A model generated the notes under the pieces. The model did not search any database. It saw nothing but the letters and a program-made list of their open reading frames with translations, and was not told where the DNA came from. Positions 25,805 to 32,000 of a DNA stretch of 32,000 bases are shown piece by piece. This stretch comes from Longivirga aurantiaca. GTDB lineage: Bacteria > Actinomycetota > Actinomycetes > S36-B12 > CAIYMF01. Made by a program: the position numbers and the translations under genes. How positions within the stretch are numbered: position 1 is the stretch's first letter; the number at the start of each line of letters is the position of its first letter. The stretch is from NCBI RefSeq assembly GCF_042660085.1, contig NZ_JBHSTI010000009.1, positions 17,410 to 49,409 of the forward strand. The letters run 5' to 3'.

Positions 25805-27354
25805 GTGGTGCTCCACAGCTCGCGCAGAGCGTCCTTCTTCACCTTCTGGGAGGCGTTCCGGGGGAGCTCGTCGAGGAAGCGGACCGAGGTCGGCTTCTTG
25901 AAGCTCGCCATGTGCTCCTTGGCGAAGGCCACGACGTCCTCCTCCGTGATGGCAGATCCCGGGCGCCGGACGACCGCGGCCGCCACGGTCTCACCCCACT
26001 TGTCGTGCGGGACGCCGAACACCGCGATCTCCGCGATGCCGTCCAGCTCCCGGAGTACCCGCTCGACCTCCGCCGGGTACACGTTGGCGCCGCCGCTGAC
26101 GATCATGTCGCGCTTGCGGTCCACGATGTAGGCGTATCCCTGGTGGTCGACCCACCCGACGTCACCCGTCAGATAGCGGCCGTCCTTGAATGCCGCTGCC
26201 GTCTGCTCGGGGTTGTTCCAGTAGCCGGCGAAGATGGTGTCCTGCTCGACGGCGAACTCCCCGACGTGCTCGCGTCCGCGTGGGAGGACGTTGCCGTCGT
26301 CATCGAGGACGAACAGCCGTGTGGTAGGTGCCGGGCGCCCCACCGTCGCCCAACGGTCCTCTGCCGTCCCGAGGCCGATCGCATCGTTGCGCGTCAGGCA
26401 GGTGAGCGCGCCGACGATCTCCGTCGCCCCCCAGCCGTGGAAGTACTTGTCGCCGACGAGGTCGACGATCTTCCGGATCTCGGCGGGAGTGGCTGCCGAT
26501 GCGCTGTGGTTCAGCGTCTCGAGGTGTGCGATGACGTCGGGGTAGTCCCGCGCCTTCTCGACGAACCGGTCGATCAGAGGGCTCGGGCAGTACGTGAACG
26601 TCGTGCGGTCCTGCCGCATGGTCTCGAACCACGAGTCGACCGTGTAGTCGCGGATGAGGTTGACCATCCCGCCGACGTACAGGTGCGGGAGGATGATGGT
26701 CCACCAGGGGGCGGCGTACCCGAGCCCGCCGATGTAGGCGAGCCTGCTGTAGTGCGGGACGCGCAGAACCCCGACGCTCGAGCGGACGCAGAGGACCAGC
26801 GTCGACTGCGTGACCATGGCGCCCTTGGGGAATCCGGTGGTTCCGCTCGTGTACCCGATGATCGCAAGGTCATCGGGCAGCGACTCGTGGAGGGCGAGAG
26901 CCGGTTCGGCGGCCTCGAGGGCCGCGGCGTAGTCGAGCCTGTTGCCCGACGGCGACTCGGACGGTGCTAGGTGCAGGACGACGTCGATGGTCGCAGCTGT
27001 GGGTGCTCCGGCGACGGAGGCTCGGACTCCATCGGTGTGCACCAGCCCGCGCGCCCCGGAATCACGCAGGACGTGGTCGAGCTCGGAGGCCTTGAACCCA
27101 GCGTTGACGGGCACGATGACCAGACCGGCGATCGTGATCCCCATGAGGACTTCGACCGCTTCGGCGCAGTTCTCCAGCATCAAGAGCACGCGGTCGCCCG
27201 GCTGGAGGCCGCGCGACCGCAGCACGTTGGCGACGCGCGCGGCGTTGAGCAGGACGTCGGCGTACGTGCGATCGCCGTTCACGGACCGGACCGCGGTCAG
27301 CTCGCTGTGACGCTCGCAGCTTCGCACGAGCATCCCGCCGAGGGTGTCCTGCAC
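25801..27354 (-). CDS. Acyl-CoA synthetase (AMP-forming, ANL superfamily)
   Basis: YTSGTTGFPKGA, GWGATE, TGDVGWVDHQGYAYIVDRKRDMIVSGGANVYP, PRNASQKVKK. GTG at 27354 follows GGAGGGAG plus 7 nt. The ORF track extends to 28113. Confidence 0.9.
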   Translation of the reverse strand: MQDTLGGMLVRSCERHSELTAVRSVNGDRTYADVLLNAARVANVLRSRGLQPGDRVLLMLENCAEAVEVLMGITIAGLVIVPVNAGFKASELDHVLRDSGARGLVHTDGVRASVAGAPTAATIDVVLHLAPSESPSGNRLDYAAALEAAEPALALHESLPDDLAIIGYTSGTTGFPKGAMVTQSTLVLCVRSSVGVLRVPHYSRLAYIGGLGYAAPWWTIILPHLYVGGMVNLIRDYTVDSWFETMRQDRTTFTYCPSPLIDRFVEKARDYPDVIAHLETLNHSASAATPAEIRKIVDLVGDKYFHGWGATEIVGALTCLTRNDAIGLGTAEDRWATVGRPAPTTRLFVLDDDGNVLPRGREHVGEFAVEQDTIFAGYWNNPEQTAAAFKDGRYLTGDVGWVDHQGYAYIVDRKRDMIVSGGANVYPAEVERVLRELDGIAEIAVFGVPHDKWGETVAAAVVRRPGSAITEEDVVAFAKEHMASFKKPTSVRFLDELPRNASQKVKKDALRELWSTT

Positions 27355-27534
27355 GTCTGGTCTCCCTCCACCGCCGAGCGGTGCACTGGTGGTCTGGCCG
27401 GCCCGCTGTGGGCGAGCTTGAGCGCGCGCTCCGGACCGCGGGCGCCGGCTGCGACCGAGGCCGCGAGGCCCCTGACGCACGGGCGTCTGCCCTCGTCGTG
27501 AACCGCCACCACCCTGGCACACGCAACGGGAATT

Positions 27535-27578
27535 AATCAAGCGCCCGGTTGACAATGCGCTTCGGCGGCCACTAGCGT
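27535..27578. promoter_or_regulatory. Variant (split) operator F in the divergent promoter region: AATCAAGCGC-CCGG-TTGACA-AT-GCGCTT; + strand -35 TTGACA 27549-27554, 18-nt spacer, -10 TAGCGT 27573-27578 (LLM operon); possible minus-strand -35 TTGATT (27540-27535) for the CoA-ligase operon
   Basis: Read directly. The left half-site TCAAGCGC (27537-27544) and GCGCTT (27557-27562) bracket the -35 instead of abutting each other. Confidence 0.55.
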
Positions 27579-27636
27579 CCGAGCGTCCGGTCACGACCTG
27601 ACGTCGCAGTGCGTACACGTAGGCGGGAGGTGCTCG

Positions 27637-28491
27637 GTGGACATCGGCGTGATGACGCTGCTCACCGACGAGAGCTCGTCGCCGTACGAGGTCGCCCGAG
27701 CTCTCGAGGTCCGCGGCTTCGAGTCCCTGTTCATCGGCGAGCACACGCACATGCCGCACGTCCCGGCCACGGAGTACCCGGGCGAGCGCGGGGAGCTGCC
27801 CCCGGGGGTCAATCGCACGTACGACCCGTGGACCGCACTCATGGCAGCAGCGACGGCCACCAGCCGCCTGAGGCTCGGCACCAGCATCTGCGAGCTGGCC
27901 GTCTACGACCCGATCCTGCTGGCGAAGGTGATCGCGTCGGTCGACCGGCTGTCGGGCGGCCGACTGGTCCTGGGCCTCGGCTACGGCTGGAACGTGCCGG
28001 AGATCGAGAACCACGGGGTCGCGTTCGCCGATCGTCGCGATGTTCTCCACGAGAACCTCGAGGCCATGACGGCGATCTGGACCCAGGACGTCGCGAGCTA
28101 CTCCGGTCAGCACGTCTCGTTCGACCAGATCCTGTGCTGGCCCAAGCCGCTCCAGTCACCACGGCCGCCTGCCCTGCTGGGAGCCACCGGGCCGAAGGGG
28201 CTGGCAGCCGCCGTCGCCTACTTCGACGGCTGGATGCCGACGGGTTACGACAACTTCGTCCGTGGGCTCCCGCTGCTCCGGCAGGCCTGCGAGGCGGCGG
28301 GCCGCGACATCAGCACGGTGCGCATCACCGTCACGGATCGGCATCCCGATTCAGAGCGGATGGCCTTCTACGCCGAGAACGGCGCCGAGCGCCTCATCGT
28401 GTCCAAGGTCATGACCCAGTTCACCCCGGCCACTCTGGATCGCGAGCTCGACACGCTCGCGGCCGTGGTGGGCGAGCACCTTCATCCGTAA
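27637..28491 (+). CDS. LLM-class (luciferase-like) flavin/F420-dependent oxidoreductase
   Basis: MDIGVMTLLTDES ... FESLFIGEHTHMP ... RLRLGTSICELAVYDPILLAKVIASVDRLSGGRLVLGLGYGW is typical of actinobacterial LLM F420-dependent oxidoreductases. GTG at 27637 follows GGGAGG. Confidence 0.85.
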   Translation: MDIGVMTLLTDESSSPYEVARALEVRGFESLFIGEHTHMPHVPATEYPGERGELPPGVNRTYDPWTALMAAATATSRLRLGTSICELAVYDPILLAKVIASVDRLSGGRLVLGLGYGWNVPEIENHGVAFADRRDVLHENLEAMTAIWTQDVASYSGQHVSFDQILCWPKPLQSPRPPALLGATGPKGLAAAVAYFDGWMPTGYDNFVRGLPLLRQACEAAGRDISTVRITVTDRHPDSERMAFYAENGAERLIVSKVMTQFTPATLDRELDTLAAVVGEHLHP

Positions 28492-28536
28492 GTCCGATCC
28501 GACCCGCCCCGGCGGGTCATGACATGGGAGTCACGC

Positions 28537-29856
28537 GTGGCGTGGGATTTCGAGACCGAGCCTGAGTTCCAGGAGAAGCTCGACTGGATGAACGAGTTCG
28601 TCCGCAACGAGGTCGAGCCGCTGGACCTGGTCATCCGCAACGTCTGGAACGTGGCCGACCCGATCCGCAACGAGCTCATCAAGCCGCTTCAGGACGTCGT
28701 TCGGGCGAAGGGGCTGTGGGCGTGCAATCTCGGCCCCGAGCTGGGAGGTGCAGGCTACGGCCAGCTCAAGCTCGCGCTGATGAATGAGATTCTCGGCCGC
28801 ACCGTCGCCGGGCCCGTGGTCTTCGGCAGCCAGGCGCCGGACTCCGGCAACGCGGAGATCCTCGCGCACTACGGAACCCCGGAGCTGAAGGAGCGCTACC
28901 TCGAGCCGCTCCTGCGCAACGAGATCGTCTCCGCCTACTCGATGACCGAGCCCACGGGCGGTTCGGACCCGACGAACTTCAAGACCAAGGCGGTCCTCGA
29001 CGGAGACGAGTGGGTGATCACGGGCGAGAAGTGGTTCAGCTCGCACGCCAACCTGGCTGACTTCATCATCGTGCTCGCCGTCACCGACCCCGACGCCGAG
29101 CCGCACAAGAACTCGTCGATGTTCGTCCTTGCGCGTGACACCCCCGGCGTCGAGATCATCCGCGGCATTGCGCCGTGGGGCCACCCCGACTCGGACGCCA
29201 CGCACTGCTATGTCCGCTACAACGATGTGCGGATCCCGGCCAGCAACATCCTGGGCCCGCGCGGCGCCGGGTTCGCCGTCGCGCAGACGCGTCTGGGCGG
29301 TGGTCGCGTCCATCACGCCATGCGTGCGGTCGGCGTGGCCCAGAAGGCCTACGACATGATGGTCGAGCGCTCGGTGAGCCGGTCGACGAAGAACGGCTCG
29401 CTCTCCAGCCGGCAGCTCATCCAGGAGATGATCGCGGACTCGTGGATCGAGATCGAGCAGTACCGCCTTCTCGTCATGCGCACCGCCTGGCGCATCGACA
29501 AGTACAAGGACTACCTCAAGGTCCGCAAGGACATCGCGGCGGTCAAGGCGGTCATGCCGATCATGCTGCGCAGCGTGGTCTCGCGGTCGATCCAGGTCCA
29601 TGGCTCGATCGGCATCTCGACCGAGATGAGCCTCGGCAAGTGGCTCATCGAGAGCTACGGGCTCGGCCTAGCCGACGGTGCCACGGAGATCCACAAGCTC
29701 AACCTCGCGCGCGAGCTGCTCAAGGGCGCCGTACCCGCGCCGGACGTCTTCCCGAGTCAGCACCTGCTCCGTCTGCGAGCCGCCGCCGTCGAGAAGTACG
29801 GCGACGTGCTCGGCCCGGACGTCGACCTTCCCTCGCCCGGAGGTTCCTTCGGATGA
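28537..29856 (+). CDS. Acyl-CoA dehydrogenase-family protein, ACAD10/11-FadE2-like (Asp in place of the canonical C-terminal catalytic Glu)
   Basis: AWDFETEPEFQEKLDWMNEFV N-terminus, YSMTEPTGGSDP, GEKWFSSHA, QVHGSIG, and LADGATEIHK where MCAD-type enzymes have IYEGTSEIQR. GTG at 28537 follows GGGAG plus 6 nt. An in-frame ATG at 28519 is the alternative, as in the ORF track. Confidence 0.88.
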   Translation: MAWDFETEPEFQEKLDWMNEFVRNEVEPLDLVIRNVWNVADPIRNELIKPLQDVVRAKGLWACNLGPELGGAGYGQLKLALMNEILGRTVAGPVVFGSQAPDSGNAEILAHYGTPELKERYLEPLLRNEIVSAYSMTEPTGGSDPTNFKTKAVLDGDEWVITGEKWFSSHANLADFIIVLAVTDPDAEPHKNSSMFVLARDTPGVEIIRGIAPWGHPDSDATHCYVRYNDVRIPASNILGPRGAGFAVAQTRLGGGRVHHAMRAVGVAQKAYDMMVERSVSRSTKNGSLSSRQLIQEMIADSWIEIEQYRLLVMRTAWRIDKYKDYLKVRKDIAAVKAVMPIMLRSVVSRSIQVHGSIGISTEMSLGKWLIESYGLGLADGATEIHKLNLARELLKGAVPAPDVFPSQHLLRLRAAAVEKYGDVLGPDVDLPSPGGSFG

Positions 29857-30935
29857 CGACGTCTGAAGTTCCGGGATTCACCGAGGTCGCGCCCGTCCGT
29901 CCGGGTGAGGACCTCGACTGGGTCGCGCTCGAGCGCTACCTCCGGGACACCATCCCGGGGCTCGTGGGCGAGTTCTCGGTGCTTCAGTTCCCCAACGGAT
30001 CGGCCAACCTCACCTATCGGGTCGCCTTCGGCGACCGACAGCTGGTCGTCCGTCGTCCGCCGCTGGGCCAGCTGGCCATCGGTTCGCACGACATGAAGCG
30101 TGAGCACCGAGCCCTGTCGGGGCTGTGGGTGGCCTACGACCGTGCACCGAAGCCGTTGGCGTACACCGACGATGTGAGCATTGTCGGCGCCGAGTTCCTC
30201 GTCATCGAGTACCGCTCGGGCGTCGTCATCTGGGGAAGCGACACGGTGCCGCCGGTGATCAGGGCCATGCCGGACCACGGCCATCGCATCGGCATGTCGC
30301 TCATCGACGCGCTGATCGACCTGCACCTGGTCGACATCCACCACACGGGGCTGATCAACCTCGGCAAGCCCGAGGGGTTCCTCGAGCGACAGCTCCGTGG
30401 GTGGCGCCGGCGTTGGGACGCCGTCTCGGACGTCGGCCCCGACCACCCGCTGATGGAGGGGCTCGCCGACCGGCTGTTCGAACGCGTCCCCGTCTCGCCG
30501 CCGCCGACCGTCCTGCACAACGACTTCAAGCTCGACAACTGCCAGTTCTCCTCGGAGAGCCCCGATCGCGTGATCTCCGTGTTCGACTGGGACATGGCCA
30601 CGGTGGGCGATCCGCTCGTAGATCTGGGGACGCTCCTGAACTACCTCCCTGACCCCGACGGCCAGGAGCTCGAGCGCGTCGCGATCCCCGGGCTGGAATC
30701 CCTCGGCCTTCCCTCGCGGCAGACGATCGTGGAGCGCTACGCGGCCCGCACCGGCACGGACGTCGGGTCGATCCACTGGTACGAGGCCTACGGCATCTGG
30801 AAGACGGCCGTGATCATGCAGCAGCTCTACGCTCGGTACGCCCGGGGTGAGACGTCCGACGAGCGGATGGGCACACGGGCGGACCGCATGGACGGCGTGG
30901 CCGCCCGGGCGCTCGATCTGCTCGGCGGAGGGTGA
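29853..30935 (+). CDS. Phosphotransferase-family (APH/ChoK-like) kinase
   Basis: FPNGSANLTYRV (nucleotide-binding region), Brenner motif LHNDFKLDN, then VFDWDMATVGDPLVDLG. ATG at 29853 overlaps the ACAD stop (ATGA). Trimmed from ORF 29175..30935. Confidence 0.88.
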   Translation: MTTSEVPGFTEVAPVRPGEDLDWVALERYLRDTIPGLVGEFSVLQFPNGSANLTYRVAFGDRQLVVRRPPLGQLAIGSHDMKREHRALSGLWVAYDRAPKPLAYTDDVSIVGAEFLVIEYRSGVVIWGSDTVPPVIRAMPDHGHRIGMSLIDALIDLHLVDIHHTGLINLGKPEGFLERQLRGWRRRWDAVSDVGPDHPLMEGLADRLFERVPVSPPPTVLHNDFKLDNCQFSSESPDRVISVFDWDMATVGDPLVDLGTLLNYLPDPDGQELERVAIPGLESLGLPSRQTIVERYAARTGTDVGSIHWYEAYGIWKTAVIMQQLYARYARGETSDERMGTRADRMDGVAARALDLLGGG

Positions 30936-30940
30936 CGCGC

Positions 30941-31750
30941 ATGGCTGAGTTCGACCCGGCGATCCGTGAGGCGGACGAGACGAGACTCGACGAGCCGTCC
31001 GACTTCGCGTTCCTCACCTGGACCGTCCAGGACCGGATCGCCACGGTCGTGATGAGCCGGCCACCGGTCAACGCGGTCAACCAGCGCATGTACCGGGAGC
31101 TGCACCGGCTCTTCACGCAGGTGGACCGCTTCCTGGTCGGCTCCTCGGTCGTCGTCCTCCTCGCGGACGGAAAGCACTTCTGCGGAGGCAACGATCTGGG
31201 CGAGTTCGCCACCATGACCTCCGACAATGCCCGGGAGCGCATGTACCACGCGCGCGAGGCCTTCTACGCGATCATGGACTGCCCTCTCCCGACGGTGGCC
31301 GCGGTCCAGGGGGTGGCAACCGGCACCGGGATCGGCATCGCCTCGTCGTGCGACGTCGTGATCGCGGCAGACGACGCCCGCTTGGGGCTCACCGAGGTCA
31401 AGGTCGGGGTGATGGGTGGCCCGCGCCACCTGGCGAGGATGCTGCCTCAGCACATCGTTCGCTACATGTTCCTCACGGGCGAGCTCATGGCCGCACCCGA
31501 GATGGCTCGGCTCGGCGGCATCCTCGAGGCGGTGCCGGCGGACAAGCTGAGGGAGCGGGCGCACGAGATCGCTGCCCTGATGGCCCGCCATGATCCGCTC
31601 GTGCTGCGCACCGCCAAGTTGGCCATGAACGAGGTCGAGGAGATGGACCTCCGCGTCGGGTACGAGCGTGAGCAGAGCCGTACCCTGGAGCTCGCGGATC
31701 GACCCGAGCGCAAAGAGGCCCTGCAGCGGTTCTTCGACAAGGGCGCCTGA
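30941..31750 (+). CDS. Enoyl-CoA hydratase/isomerase (crotonase family)
   Basis: VVMSRPPVNAVN, HFCGGNDLGEF, VAAVQGVATGTGIGIASSCDVVIA. The alternative start GTG at 30932 overlaps the kinase stop (GTGA). Confidence 0.85.
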   Translation: MAEFDPAIREADETRLDEPSDFAFLTWTVQDRIATVVMSRPPVNAVNQRMYRELHRLFTQVDRFLVGSSVVVLLADGKHFCGGNDLGEFATMTSDNARERMYHAREAFYAIMDCPLPTVAAVQGVATGTGIGIASSCDVVIAADDARLGLTEVKVGVMGGPRHLARMLPQHIVRYMFLTGELMAAPEMARLGGILEAVPADKLRERAHEIAALMARHDPLVLRTAKLAMNEVEEMDLRVGYEREQSRTLELADRPERKEALQRFFDKGA

Positions 31751-31860
31751 CGGGATATGCTGCCGGGCGCCCGGTCGAGACGCGTCGTGCACGTCGTGAG
31801 CCGCGTCCGGGCGACCAGCAGGGGCCGTACGTCGTGGCCCCGGATCCAGGCGGAGGACCC

Positions 31861-32000
31861 ATGGCCGTGAGCGCGAAGCCCAGCAAGGCCCGCAAGCCCG
31901 CCGAGTCGGACGCGGCCGAGTCCGTGAAGTCCATGCGTACGCGCAAGGCGATCGCGCGGGCGTGCCGTGAGGGGTCGCGGCTGTTCGCGGAGAAGGGTTA
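31861..32000 (+). CDS. TetR-family transcriptional regulator, N-terminal 46 codons only (runs off the right edge)
   Basis: Hand translation from ATG 31861 (after GGAGGA) gives MAVSAKPSKARKPAESDAAESVKSMRTRKAIARACREGSRLFAEKG. The segment RTRKAI..A.....LFAEKG(Y) is the typical lead-in to the TetR HTH. It is not in the ORF track because it is open-ended. Confidence 0.65.
   Translation, partial: MAVSAKPSKARKPAESDAAESVKSMRTRKAIARACREGSRLFAEKG

Overview
Very GC-rich, actinobacterial-type DNA, densely packed with 35 protein-coding genes (two cut by the window edges). I found no rRNA/tRNA genes, CRISPR arrays, transposases or integrases. Apart from a ribB fragment at the left edge, the window reads as one accessory catabolic island for a hydrophobic, CoA-activated substrate. 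Its genes are: cytochrome P450 with a 3Fe-4S ferredoxin, a thiolase, two crotonases, a MaoC hydratase, four ACAD-fold proteins, an acyl-CoA synthetase, TesB, seven SDRs, an AKR, a quinone oxidoreductase, an LLM oxidoreductase, a two-component flavin monooxygenase, an AiiA-type MBL hydrolase, a VOC protein, three NTF2-like proteins, a CUT2-type ABC importer and an APH-type kinase. The main result is a cis-regulatory signal. A perfect 10-bp palindrome, CAAGCGCTTG, extended to (T/A)ACCAAGCGCTTGACA so that its right arm is a consensus -35 hexamer, or a close variant, lies in all six promoter regions between 1.9 and 27.6 kb. Four of these show the geometry TTGACA-N18-TAnnnT. This ties about 30 genes in at least 8 transcription units into one predicted TetR-type regulon, and a TetR gene starts at 31861. 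The core matches the KstR2-type consensus AnCAAGnnCTTGnT as I recall it, but the gene set is not the canonical steroid C/D-ring (ipdAB) set. Secondary observations are: a split ACAD10/11- or Lva-like kinase + ACAD module that, together with the lactonase-type MBL and the CoA ligase, suggests lactone / 4-hydroxyacyl-CoA catabolism; a tandem SDR duplication in which one copy has lost the catalytic Ser; a translationally coupled heteromeric-type ACAD pair; a sugar-type ABC importer inside the lipid regulon; and a convergent trio of NTF2-fold genes. All functional calls rest on motif recognition by eye. No database search was possible, so family assignments are firm but substrates are hypotheses.
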